From positions 83,762,001 to 83,826,000 of the forward strand of contig NC_092350.1 in assembly GCF_963676685.1 (NCBI RefSeq): DNA of 64,000 nucleotides, in the 5' to 3' direction. Source of the DNA: Mytilus edulis. Lineage: Eukaryota. Made by a program: the position numbers and the translations under genes. The notes beneath the pieces are model-generated. The model was not told where the DNA came from, made no database searches, and saw only the letters and a program-made list of their open reading frames with translations. Position 1 is the first letter of the stretch, and the number at the start of each line of letters is the position of its first letter. Below are positions 50,200 to 63,605 of the stretch, piece after piece.

Positions 50200-50355
50200 T
50201 AAGGAATGACTGTAATATTTTTAATGTCTATGAAGAAATAACATGAAAAATTTGGTGCACACTGAATAACGCGCGTAGCGGGTTATTTTACAGTGTGCAC
50301 CATATTGTTTATGTTATTTCGAATAGAAAGGGAAAACATTACAGTCATTTCTTAT
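50200..50355. repeat. Long imperfect palindrome (~155 bp)
   Basis: taaggaatgactgtaat...gaaataacat...tggtgcacactg.aataac / gttatt..cagtgtgcacca...atgttatttc...attacagtcatttctta. Confidence 0.8.
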
Positions 50356-53300
50356 AATTTAATTCTGAATTCCATTCTAAATCGTAGAAAACAATGACAA
50401 AACGTTGATGACGTCACGGTCACATGACTAAATTATGTCTATTGGCTTATAACAAAATAACGTCAGCCAATCAGAAGATGCGTTACATCCAAAATTAAAT
50501 TATTATTACCTGTCAGAATATTACTGTATGTCCGTCCCTATAGTGGTTTCTTTGTCGGAAATTCGTCTCTTACTATTAACGAAATCATACGGAGTATACA
50601 AATGTACAATTAGTTTCCAAACTACTATGATGATGTTGTTAACGTCAATAAAAGTGCCAATTCAGATCTCAAGAGATCTTTCGGGAAAACTTAGATATTG
50701 TCCGAATAAATCTAAATTTTGTGTATATGTATATATAGTTACTATGATAAGTTCTTAGAACATCGACGAAGTTTATGCATCGTATACTCTTAAATTACTA
50801 TGCGCGTCAAACAGAAAGTTCTGATCAGTCCATCTCTGATTCTTCTAGTGATTTTTTAACTGCAAAATCATAACGTCATTTTGTAAATAATTACAAATAG
50901 GTCTCATCATTTTATGTTAACATCTTGTTAGACATTGCAACACAATTAATGCTTAGGTAACTAATTATAATAATTACTATCTCATAAAATAAAAAAGCTA
51001 TACTACATGTAGTCTTGTATTTAACTGCATTAATTTAAACGTATTCATATGATGAGACAACTATTTTTCATAACATGTTATAACTTGTATTGTATCGTCT
51101 TCGCACGATCAATATTCTGTTGTTCCTGCGGACAAAGCCTTAAGTAAAATTGTATTTGTATGTAACGTTAAATATCATGGTTTTCAGATGATATGTTTCT
51201 ATATGTGGGATTACCTGAATTATGATGTGTTCATTATAAAACTGTTTGTCTTCTTAATACCAAAGACATTGTCCATAAATAATTTTTTTCTTCTTATTGG
51301 GCTCCATTAATATGAAGTCCAGAAGAACCAGCATTTAAAGACACAACAGACATGGCTTCTCAGCCTCATTCCTAGGACATTCAACTTGGTTTTGACAAAT
51401 GCGCTCATTTGAGTTCAAGAGTTTATGACAAACGGGACTATCTTAGATTTAAAATTATAAATATACTAACTTAACATGAATATAGAATATATGTTTTCCC
51501 AACTCATTCGGCTTTTAAGAGCTTTCAGCTGCTGTGTTCTGTATTAACTTTACAATTGATACATGGTTGTCTTAAAGTAGATATTTTAAATACTGATATT
51601 GTTTATCATCTTAATAACGTGTATATTATTCTTCTATTTTTCTTCATGAATATAACTTTTACTGGTTAGTCTGCTGTTGGTCGTGTCCATTTGGCATGGA
51701 TCCGTATTTACACATCCTGTTTTGTGTTGTTGTTCTATGATATGTTTTATATTTTCGTCTTTCATTTGTGCGACTTTAATACGAATGATATGTTAACCCT
51801 GCTATAAAACACATTATTGCACAGGTTTCTACATAAAACATCTGTAAAAGTCAGCATAAGGACATTTTAGTTCCATTCGGTTGAAGTGTTTCAGATTTTG
51901 ATTTTGTCTTTTGACGATGCATTTTCGTAAGAGTTCGGATTTTAAAAAGTTTTTTTTATTGCACGAATCATGAATCAATTTTGGTGGGATTCGTGTTGCT
52001 TATTCTTTAATTTTCTATGTTGTGTCATGTGTACTATTGTTTGTCTGCTTGTCTTTTTCATTTTAAGCCATGGCGTTGTCAGTTTATTTTCGATTTATGA
52101 GTTTGACTGTCCCTTTGGTATCTTTCGTCCCTCTCTTTTTTTATTTATCCGTCACAAATGTAAACTTCACAAGCTACAGATCTTAATTGAAATTTAAATC
52201 ACAGGAATTTTAACTTTCGAATATTTGTATGTAATTTTTGTGTAGGGATCCAAGAAAACTACTTTTATAAGAATATAAAGTTTATTTTTTATGCCTGAGT
52301 TTATTATTTATAAACTTAAGTAAAAAAAAAGACAACTTACAAACTTAAACCAAAGAGTCTTTGTTTTGTTTAGAATGCGTAATAACATTTGCAATTTGAA
52401 TAACACAGTGTCTTTTCACCTTAATTTCTTATTGATTTTATAAATATTGGTCAAACAAATCTAACTGACACATTTTTACGATAAGACGAAGTATGAACTA
52501 ACAAGGAAAAATCATGCATTAATTGTTACTCGGTTTTCTTTTTACTGTCACTTCATGTATCCTCTTATTTTATGTATCGTAATGATTTGCAGTCAATACT
52601 AGGAGGAAAATCAACCAAACATATAGAATCTTAATGAAAAATGATGGGAAAATAAACTGACAGTATTTTTTAGGGTTTTTTGCTTATATATGTATATGAT
52701 ATCATGGCATACGTAGAGTCTTTTACAAAAGTGTTATATATTCTTATGTATTTTTACAAATATAGTTGGATGTTAAAAGTAAATGTTGGTCAGAATACAA
52801 CCTACTCTGTGAATTGGGTAATCAAAAATTATGACGTTGTGGTTACGAATATCAGTTTGATTAAATGAACTACGTATAGTTGTTAATTTCTGTGTCATTT
52901 GGTTTCGTGTGGAGAGTTGTTTCATTAGCAATCATACCACATCTTCCTTTCTTTATAAATAGATGTTCAGGATTATTTCAAACGAATTGATTTCACATAT
53001 CGGCGTTCAGTTGCCTAAATTACTTTTTTGAGAGTATAAATTGTTTATTATTTCAGAGCAGTATAATACTTTTACTTTGAATATATACCCCTTATTCGTA
53101 TCAACTTTATTTTTACATTTTATCATATATCAAATGTATTCGTTTAATGTATGGTCTTTTATGTTACAGATAAGGGTGAATGTTTGGTACCATGGAAACG
53201 TTTATACCAGCTGCAATTGATTGCACCTGTGCTTAGACAGGAGTCTGATGTTCAGTCGTTTGTAAATGTGGTTTATACGTGTTTTTCACATTTCATGTTT

Positions 53301-54974
53301 TTATATAGGTTAGACCTTTGGTTTTTTCGTTTGAATGGTTTTACACTAGTAGTTGTTGGGGCCTTTCATAGCTTGCTGTCCGTTGTGAGTCTAGGTTCCG
53401 TGTTAAAGACCGTACATTGACTAATAATTGTTTACTTGGATGGAGAGTTGTCTTATTATCACTCATATCAAATCTTCCTATATATATTTGTCCAATTAAT
53501 GATTGTTTTTCATTATAAATATAAATTGAAGATGTGGTATGATTGCCAATGAGACAACTGTCCACAAGAAACCAAAAGGACACAAATATTAACAGCTATA
53601 TGTCACCATACGGCCTTCAACAATGAGCAAAGCCCATACCGCATATTCAGCTATTAAAGGCCCCGATATGACAATGTAAAACAATTCAAACGAGAAAACT
53701 AACGGTCTTATTTATATATAAAAACAAAAATGAACCAAAACCAAATATGTAACACATAACAAACGACAATCACTGAATTGCAGGCTACTGACTTGGGATA
53801 GGCATATATGTAAATAACGTGGCAGGGTTTAACATGTTAGCGGGATCCCAACCCTCCCCTAACCTTGGATAGTGGTATTACAGTACAACATCAGAACGAA
53901 CTATAAAAATCAGTTAAAAAAGGCTTAATTCATCAGATGGACACAAATACTTGTAGACGTAGTCGGATACTTGTACATTCCAACAACAAAAAGACACTAG
54001 GAACAGATCTGAGAGTACTCGCTGTTATCTGTTCAAAGCCACTAACAACTAAATACAAAAAATCATGCATCTCAGACTAAACATGTACATTACGATTGTG
54101 GGGTTGCTTAGAGCCAGTTTTTTTTTTTTTTTTTAACATATTCATAACTAATCTTAATATGTTTTTGCAGTGACTGGACAGATACTTATTTCAATTTTTA
54201 TAGATAGCTCAACAAGTAAGTGTTATTTCAATGACATATTATACATACGTGCAATTAAACCCGCACAAACAAGAATATGATATCCCACAGCATTGTTATT
54301 GTTACAAATATTATGCTATTTACTAATTTACATTTTTTTCAGGTACTTAAATCAGATAATGCGTATTGTATGAATTTTGACGCATAAACACCTTTATAAT
54401 GTCAGGATTTCATTTAAGTAGACTGTCCGTAAGTTATACGACAACAAAATCCTTAAATTATATATATATTGTCATGAGACAAATTGAAATATTTGGTTTT
54501 TGATGCAAAAAGCTGTAGTTTTGTTTTGTGTGTCCATTGTTAGTGACTTTCTCTTTTCTGTACACATTAGAGTTATCTACTTTTTTTTCAAACACAACTT
54601 ATATAACTAAATAAAACCGACGGAAACTCTCGGTAATCCTCATCAATCATTACGTTGTATTTCTCACAATATGTGTTTTAATATGTTATCTTCTATGGGT
54701 CCTGTTATATTTTCTTTAAACATAAAACAACGTCTGCTTAACTGTTATCTACAAATAAACAGAAAAGTGTTATATATTTGTACTGATTTTTTTATCTACT
54801 ACTTGACCTACAAAAGTTTAAACCTCAATCAATTAATTCTAGTCTACAAATAAAACATGTATTAAAGAACAGTGTTATCTTTCACTAGGTAGCGAAAAAA
54901 TGCAGGATTACATATATTGATTGTGAGACCTTTTAGAAAATCAATTCAAAAATTAAAATACTATAAAATTCAAA

Positions 54975-55046
54975 ATGGTTAAAGTGGAAAGAGGTCGTAT
55001 CACTATTTCAGCTAATATTATTTTGACAGCTTTAGTGATTACAAGG
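54975..55046 (+). CDS. Gene C exon 1 (first coding)
   Basis: aaaATG MVKVERGRITISANIILTALVITR|gtaagt, 72 nt. Confidence 0.88.
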
Positions 55047-58000
55047 GTAAGTTTCATAATATAATATTTGTTGTATGGCAGAGCAAAGTTTTTAACAGTA
55101 CCATTATTTCGAAACCTTATCGTTGTCTTAATCAAGTAAAGATCAAAATATGAAAAGTAAATCCGCCTTTTCTATTTCGATCCCCGTTTCAAATGTTGAG
55201 TTAGAAATCAACGTTCTTCTAAAGGGTTATAATTTGGCATTATATTGTGTGTTATATCGAAGTATGTGACAAGTACATTATTAACGCCTGATATGATAAC
55301 CTTTTCGACATCTATTCTTATTTATCCTGCATCAGCCAAATATTGTACAAATAACAGACAATCGCAGAAATGTCTCATATTACCTGTATCAATGCTTTTA
55401 AGTCATCGTCGTGGTCTGCGTTTAAGCTATGTAGGTGATAAAAGTTGGTGTTCATGTTTTTAATTTTAACTTATAAAGTTTCAAGTGTTTGATTTTATTT
55501 TAAGGATAAAAACAATATACATACCTTGTAAGATTATTCATTTGTACTAGCAACGAAACAGGCGAAAAGCTCGGTAAGCCTCGCTCTTCGTCCTGTTTCT
55601 AAAGCTCATACAAATATATTTTATTTTTTTCCAACAATGTATATTTCCTCCTTCATGTATAGTTATTCATGCTAACAAGCCACGTATACATTGACAAAAC
55701 GTATATTTCGACAACATTATTACCCCGATAAATAATTGTCGACTGAGACGAAAGCATCTATGTGTTACTAATATAATACCACTTTCATTTGTAAAATACC
55801 AACATAGATCAACCTGGTATTTGTTGCAGTTCCTGTCTAAAGTTTTCTGTCTGCTCTCTAAAGAATATAATTTCAATATAAAATAACAAAACCTCCGCAT
55901 TTTTTCTGTCTTATCCAGAAGAATAATACTTACTTACCGACCTTAAGAACGCATAAAACCATTTTTGAATATAACAGAAAGAATTAAAGTAAATCCAAAA
56001 CGATTGAAAAGAAGTGAGTGTTACCTTATTAACATGCACTACCTTTTTTTATTTTAAGTTCAAGTTATTTTAAATTGATGGTTACGACGTTGTTATCTTG
56101 CAAAACTTGGTGTTACATCACCCTGGAAGTCCAATTGCATAATTGACAGTTCACCTTTTAAAAAGTCCTAAAATGTGATTGCGCGTAATCATTAAATTTT
56201 TTTTACAGGGTTTTAGTTTTGGATTGATAATGATGTCACTTTATATAAAATATGGAGATGATATTTTGGATGATGATGTCATTAAGATTGCAGACCTGGA
56301 AAATGCAGCTTCGATGCCACTTGGTACTGCTGTAAAGTCAATAGTGTTCTCTTTTATCGGAGTGTTTGTGCTCGAGCTTATCACAGGAGTTTGTGGAATG
56401 TTGGGAGTTCTAAGACACAGTAAGACAATGCTGTCAATTGTAAGTTCTGATTACTATAGAGATAAAATAGAGAAAATAAATTGAGAATGAAAAACGGGGA
56501 AACGTATCAAAGATATTACAGCGCACTCAACGACCGTAAAATAGACCAAGTACACTAACTTAAGTTCAGGCCCTTAAGCAATAATGTATACTAGTTTAGC
56601 GAATTGACGCCATATAAAACTCACACACATATGGAAAAAACAAACAACAGAACTAATAAAACTAACATGCTAGTTATCAAAATTCGGCCGGGTAAAACGT
56701 GTTTTGTGGGATATCAAACCTCCGTCTATACATTCAGCCAAGGGAAGAAAAAAACACGGCACAGTTGAAGAAGTCCGAGTCCTATGTTAGAGTGTAATAT
56801 CGATACCCAAATCATAATACATCACTACGGTTGCATACGAAAAAAGGGTCGATAAAAATATTCCCTTGAATTTGACAGTTAACGGAAATTGATCTTATAT
56901 TTCATTGCAGTAAAAAAAAAATCTGTTCTATAGACATATATCCTGAGTGTTTCAAAGCACCATTTTTTTTTATTTGGGGTTTCTATAGAGTATTGTGAAA
57001 CTTAAAGTTACATTGTTACTAAAGCTTATACAATGGGAGATAAGGGATGAAAATTGATTAGATAACTTCCAGTAATGGTAATTTACTTACGTACAATAAA
57101 ACATTATCGGATCTTCTTTCTATAGAACTAGACAGGATTAAACTATAATCATGGCAAATTATTGCTTTATTCGAAAGAAAGAAAAATTCTGCACATTTAA
57201 GTGCAAATTTAACAAACACTAGTAGGGGCAAATCAATGGTTGTAAAACACTTTAAATAGATAACAAAAGATACTTCGCTAATTGACAAAGATCAACATAC
57301 ATTTACAAAGGACAAATCAGTTACTGACATGACTGATACAATCCTGTACTAAACTAATAAAAAAAGAATGTCTACATCATGATATGCCATCTTTTTAAAA
57401 GCATTATACATAACTCTATGCCCAATTAAAAAAATCTAACTATGAAAAAGGAAAGGGGGGGGGGGGGCAAATGATACAACAATCTTATATCTTATTTTTC
57501 CTTGCATTGCTAAGAATCAGATAACACAAGAAACTAAATAGTTAAATGTAGAGTTTTATTAACATACATTTGACTCTTTTCCTTTTAGCTATAGAAGCAT
57601 GAGGACAACAAAATCAGATAAATTTAGTAATAATCAGATTTGTACATATTCGCGACGATTTATATTCGCGCTTTTTCTGTTCGCGAAAGTCGCGAAAATA
57701 AATCATTCGCAAAAATTAGTCGGTTTACAGTAGCTGGTGCCGTCAATGCTATAATTGTTGCTTCTTTTATTTTATGTTTTTTTTTCAGACTGTTATGATG
57801 AATTCTCTGATGATTGTTATATACGGCATTTACATAGTGATTATTTCAATTATTTATAACAAAGTGAGTTGTTCTTCAGTAACCAATCAACATTTTGTGC
57901 ATCTGCAGATATTTAGTTGTGTTTCTGTTCATCTTTGATTTTTTCTGAAGCCTATATGAATTATGAAATATCGCTTTGTTCAAAAGGTTATAAACCAACA

Positions 58001-61000
58001 CTTGTATGCTGACATGAGATATCAGTTTCTCTAAATTAACTTAAACACCTTTTTGACTTAATCGATACAATATGAAAACTTTTTTATTTCGTTTGCTGTT
58101 CTCACTCGACAAAAAGCTTCAAATTGTGACATTTAGCTGTTATTCTACAATATCAATACACAGAGAACCTGATGATCGGTACGTATCATATTGATGTGAC
58201 TTCTGGTAAAACTGTCGTTCTAGAGATTATCACCAGACCAGTTGATAGCACATTTTTGCTGATATCAAATATCATTTTTATTATAACCATCAGTAGCTTA
58301 ACGGATACTACAATTTTGAAATAATCAAACCGCTAAGGTTCTTCTACGCCAGATGAAGAGTGTTTAAGCCGTATTTCGCCTATCTTTTACAATGTTTAAG
58401 GAATAATTGATTAAGATTTGCAACTATGTTTTTTTAAGGCGAGACTATTGAGTTTGATGTCAAAAACGTTTGCGTACCAAACAGTAGGCACAAAAATTCT
58501 TTTAAACTCCAAATAAAATTCAAAACGAAAAGTCCAAAATCAAAAGCAGAAACACATCAAGCGAAATGATAACAACCAACATATTCTTGGGAAAATTGTT
58601 GATTGGACCTGTTTTTATAGCTAGCTGAACCTCTGACTGGTATATGAACGTCGCCTCAAATTCCATTATATTGACAACAATGTGTATACAAATATGACGC
58701 ATAACTGTATACGCAAATGCATACTGTGTATTAATTATTATCATATGTATATATGTGTAACCCCTTGCGACAAAACAAATGGAATACACGCTTTATTTAA
58801 CAGAAACATGATGGTTATTCCCATTCGAGATTGCCACCTTGTGACTCTCTCGATCAAATGTCTTTAAGCTGTTATATATAAGTTTGCTGTCCAAGCTTTT
58901 TGAAAGTGTAGTGTTGAAAGATCACGAAGTAATACATCTTGAAAAGAAACAGGATATGTGTATCTTTGTTAATATTATCATTATTGTTCATGTTTATAGT
59001 ATAGAGGATTGTCAATGTTTTCCAGACATACCATCTGTACAAGTTGAAAGAATACATCAACGCAGCTGCCGCAGGTCAAATTTCATACACATACAACACT
59101 TACACGTTTCCAAACTTTAAGAGAAAGGTGAGTTTCTAACCTCTATTAAAAAAATGTTCAAAACTATTATAACAAAACTATTCACAAAATAGTTTGCTAC
59201 TCCTATGTGTACAACTTTAACCAGCTGGAATGTGTAAAAGTCTACTATATACTTTCAAAAACAACTACAAGTGTGTAGAACAATTTTATCCTACTAGCAA
59301 ATTTAAATTTTTCAACGTCACAGTTTGAATTGTTTATTCAAATGTGGGATTTTTTAAAACTTGATAGAAAAAACTACAAAATTCGTTCCAAATCACATAT
59401 AAAACAATCCACAGTACGCACAGGCTTTTTCCTTTCAACAAACAAATCAGAAAACGTTGACGCTATGATACTCAGAACCACTGTAGTGGCTTGCAACATT
59501 TGAAGTTACGAGTTATAAAATGACAATCAGGTGGTTGGTCATGTTTGTTTTACCTTTTGTTTATCACATTGGATCACTACATTTTATAAATTATATGCGC
59601 CCGAAGCATTTGAATAACCTTTTGCATGAACACTCAAAGCTGAATATTTGAAAGTCAAAAATGTATAAGGACCGAAACAGCTGAAGAGCCAGACTCATCA
59701 GTGACGCTCATATCAAAACAGTCCTATACAATCAAACGTTGGATTTTCATTCTATTTTTGGGGTTGTTTTTTTTTATCTTATTGTTAAAACATCTTCTTT
59801 AAAACATATTTCTAGCTGGGATGCCAGAGTTATGAATATTATTGCAAAGATGTTTATGCAGACAGAGTTGGTACATATATGGAGGCTTACTTCGGTATGA
59901 TAGTAACTTGCATTATCTGTCAGGTACGTTTGTTGGTAAAAAATATGAATGTATATTGAAATGAAACTCTTTTGTCTGCAATCAGATATGTTTGACCAAA
60001 CTTCATTTACACTTGATATTAATTTTTTTTTAAATAAGTATGAGAGTATTGAGTATCAAAGATGCATATAAAGTCAAGTCGAAAAATGCCATCTAGACTA
60101 AAAATAGCGGGTATAACGTTGCTGCTTTGGTTTACCTATTTTTATCTAATTAAGATACAATTGGAGTATTAATCAGTAGAATCGCATTATTAGTTCGGAA
60201 CCGTACAGTATTTTCTTTCTCTACACCAAAATATATTTGGTACAACCAGACCTTCACACCAGTGAATGTGTGACAATGTTTAATTTTGAAAACAGTCTAG
60301 GACACATTTTTTTTTCTATTCTTAAAGCAGATTTTTTAATTCAAACTATTATTTACCTAACTTTACTTCTATTCTTACTTTTAACTTTGAACTATCAACC
60401 TTTATTTCTCACAGAATGCACAACACATTCGGGGTTCGAGTGTATTCTTCAATTTTATCAGTTGTCGTGTCAGTACATATGCATACAAATTATATGTCAA
60501 TGAGCATATTTGCATAATGTGTATTTTCTGTCAATTTTATTGTGTTTATCATTTGTCCATCTCTTTCATTGGAGTTGGCTCTGTTTGTCAATGGAGTATT
60601 ACAATTGATATTCGACTTTTTATATGGTTTCTTTAACAAACATCACAATAATACAAAGCAGAAAAATGAAGAAAACAAATCATGTTGGGTACCAGACTTG
60701 AACTCAAACAATTAATAAAAAACGTTCTGATTGTTGTAAGCAATGTCTCTTCGATCGAAGCTATCGGCGTTATGATTGAAAAAAAAATATATATACTTTT
60801 TAACTAAACCACAGTTAGGAACTTTTGGTCCTCAATGCTCTTCAATTTTGTACTTGTTTTGCCTTTTGAACTTTTCTCATCTGAGCGTCACTGGTTAGTC
60901 TTGTGTGGACGGAGCGCGCGTCTGGGGTATTAAATTGTAAACCTGGCACTTTTTGTTAGCTATTATTCGTGTGTTTCCCTGTCCTGTATGTTCTCCCATT

Positions 61001-62101
61001 TATTTGTATTGTAGTCATATCATGTAATGTTGTCATTTTGGTTTTATATTTAACATTGCCATAAAAACGGGAGTTTTGCATGCTGCAAATCTCGTTTCAA
61101 CCCACCATTTTTTTTAAATGTATAATGATAAAGACAAATTTACATTTATTCTCGCGTCGAAGATCGATTTGTATGTTTTGGGATATATATAAAATCAGAC
61201 GTTATCGTACTTTTTATACATTAATAGGGTATTATTGATATTGGGTTAGTAGGGGTGTTTCATTTTCATACGCGGTTAGTAGTGGTGTTTGGCACACAAT
61301 TAAAAATAACAGTGTGTTGAAGAAAGAATACATTATGTAACTTAACAACTTATCTTGCGGTTATCTCTTTTTCGCATCTAATAGTTTCGTTTGTTTTTAT
61401 TACTTTTTATATAGGTTGTGAGCATTATAGCAGTTGAGTATACATACAGAAAATTTGAATTCAAGGACAATAAATCAACTATTTCGAAAAATAAGTACTA
61501 TCTATTGCTGTCGTTACAATACGGAATATTTCGCAATTTTGTTTTCTTTATCAAGAAAAATTGGAAAAGGTACGATATTCATAATCAACCACAAGACCTA
61601 TATGCTTAACAAAAAGTGGAAAAACAATGGATTCATATTAACTTGAAAAAGATAAAAGAAAAATGAAAACCATACACAATAGTTGAAGTAACGCAGTCTG
61701 ACCTGTTTTAATGACATCGCCAATCACGACGAGTTTTCAGGTTTTTTTTTGTATATTGCTTTTTCTCATTTCTTATTACTCTTGTTTTGCTGCGTAGCGA
61801 GAAGGTGTATTTAGACAATAGGAATAGACAAACAATTTGCTGATTTTAAAATCATGAAAAGTTCAAGTAGAATTATTTTTACAGAAAGTTGACTATTTTC
61901 AAGGTTTTTCAAAGAATTTGTTAAATAATAATATGTAAAGGAAAAGTAATGCTACATTTAAGGTTTGTCTCATGTCCATCATAGTTAATTAAGCATTGTG
62001 AAATGACGTTTGTACAAACTGCACAGGACGATAATATCGTAATAACTTATTTCAGATCCAAAATTATCTTTATCTCAGCGGCAATTAAAATCGCTTCAAT
62101 T
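54975..62101 (+). CDS. Gene C: multi-module tetraspanin paralog, 3'-partial; module 1, linker and first exon of module 2
   Basis: Exons 54975-55046, 56209-56439, 57789-57863, 59026-59127, 59816-59923, 61415-61569, 62056-62101. Lengths 72/231/75/102/108/155/46 versus 72/231/75/111/117/155/46 in gene B, with clear protein similarity (GDDIL.DDVIK, MPLGT.VK.IVFS.IGVFVLEL.TGV, TFPNF, IVTCIICQ). The frame is still open at the last donor. Confidence 0.88.
56209..56439 (+). CDS. Gene C exon 2: module 1 TM1, small loop, TM2
   Basis: ttacag|GFSFGLIMMSLYIKYGDDILDDDVIKIA...GVLRHSKTMLSI|gtaagt, 231 nt. Confidence 0.93.
57789..57863 (+). CDS. Gene C exon 3: module 1 TM3
   Basis: tttcag|TVMMNSLMIVIYGIYIVIISIIYNK|gtgagt, 75 nt. 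Confidence 0.92.
59026..59127 (+). CDS. Gene C exon 4: module 1 large-loop helices
   Basis: ttccag|TYHLYKLKEYINAAAAGQISYTYNTYTFPNFKRK|gtgagt. Confidence 0.85.
59816..59923 (+). CDS. Gene C exon 5: module 1 reduced Cys loop and TM4
   Basis: ttctag|LGCQSYEYYCKDVYADRVGTYMEAYFGMIVTCIICQ|gtacgt. Confidence 0.9.
61415..61569 (+). CDS. Gene C exon 6: linker between modules 1 and 2
   Basis: atatag|VVSIIAVEYTYRKFEFKDNKSTISKNKYYLLLSLQYGIFRNFVFFIKKNWK(R)|gtacga, 155 nt, phase 2. Confidence 0.9.
62056..62101 (+). CDS. Gene C exon 7: module 2 TM1 start
   Basis: tttcag|(R)SKIIFISAAIKIASI|gtaagt, 46 nt. Confidence 0.88.
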
Positions 62102-63179
62102 GTAAGTATATACATATCATTTTCATATTCAAAAGAAATTGGAGCAAACGTTTTTTTTTTCATATAAAAGATGAATATAACTTTTGAACAATAGCAGCTC
62201 AAATGTTTGTTCAACATGCTCTGTATAACGTTTTTAACATGATGGCAAATTTTAATTTTTTTTAGTGTTTCTGCAAGTTTCTATTATATACATGTAGGAT
62301 ATACAATGGCATGGATTTGTCAACATTGTATGATAAAATTGAGAAAGGATATGGAAAATGTATCAAAGCGACAAGAACCCGACCATAGAGCAGACAACAG
62401 TCGAAGGCCACCAATGGGTCTTCAATGTAGCGAGAAACTCCCGAATGCGTAGGCGTCCTTCAGCTGGCTTCTTAAAGAAATATGTTTACTGGACCTCATA
62501 CTGTACTCAGAATTACACACAACAAACTAAAATTAAAAATCATACAAGACTAACAAAGGCCAGAGGCTCCTGACTTGGAGCAGGCGCAAAAATGCGGCGG
62601 GGTTAAACATGTTTATGAGATCTCAATCCTCCCCCTATACATCTATAATGTCTGCTTTGTTCCCTTTAATGTGTCAATGTTTACATAATTCTTGATTTGG
62701 TTGTCTTGGTATATTGTTTTGTTCGTTTTACAACAAATGGCCACTAGCTTGATACCAAGCTGGTGAACTTTCCCTTCCTGAGGATAAACACGTCCCAACA
62801 GGTATCACTACAGTTTTTTCCTGTCATTTGTATAGTAAAATTAATAATTCAACTGTTTATATAACTTTGATCTTTCGTTATATGAAGTATTATATACCCC
62901 AGGAATAGATTATATTAGCTGTGTTTAGGGGGACAAAACGTTGCAATGTTTCATCCTCAATGCTCGTGAAATACGTTTTAATTTAGCCTTTTGACTTTTT
63001 TTATTCTTTTGGTGACTAAAAGTACGTTTTGGCATATTCTTAGGTTATTATCTTTCATGAGTTTATTTTTAAATATCTTACACTACTGGACGAAAAAACA
63101 ACTGTCCATACCAGTAACAGTCATTGTACGACTATTTTAGTCTGTGGAAGACTGAGGAAGACTGTCAAATCAACCTTAT

Positions 63180-63605
63180 TTCGTTGTTACAGTTATATTT
63201 TGTCTGTCCCAACACTTTTATGGGTTGTGAAAATCATTAAATGCTATCATCAGTCATTTTAGGACTGTTGCAGTGGTTTACGGCGTTGTCACAGCCAAAT
63301 ACTATTCATAACAGTCTTTCTAAAAGTTGTGGCAGTTGTATAATGTTTGTCCCAACTTTTTTATAGTTGGGACAGTTGAAATTTGTTTGTGTCAACTTTT
63401 CAGACGTTGAAGGAGTCCAAAAATGTTTGTTACAATGTTTTTAGAGTTGTAACAGTCGTAAAATGTTTGTTACAACTTTTAAAGGTTGTTACAGTCATTA
63501 AATGTTTATTAAAACTTTTAAAAGGTTGCCACAGTCGTAAAATGTTTAAAACAAACATTTCATGGGTTGTTACAGTCGGTAAATATGTAATACAAATATT
63601 TTAGT
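63180..63605. repeat. Degenerate minisatellite, ~40-bp unit
   Basis: Recurring ggttgttacagtcgtaaaatgtttgttacaacttttaaa-like units, clearest at 63421-63590. Confidence 0.75.

Noticed and set aside
63180-63605. CRISPR-like array
   Set aside because: Eukaryotic context, with degenerate tandem units and no unique spacers; an ordinary minisatellite.
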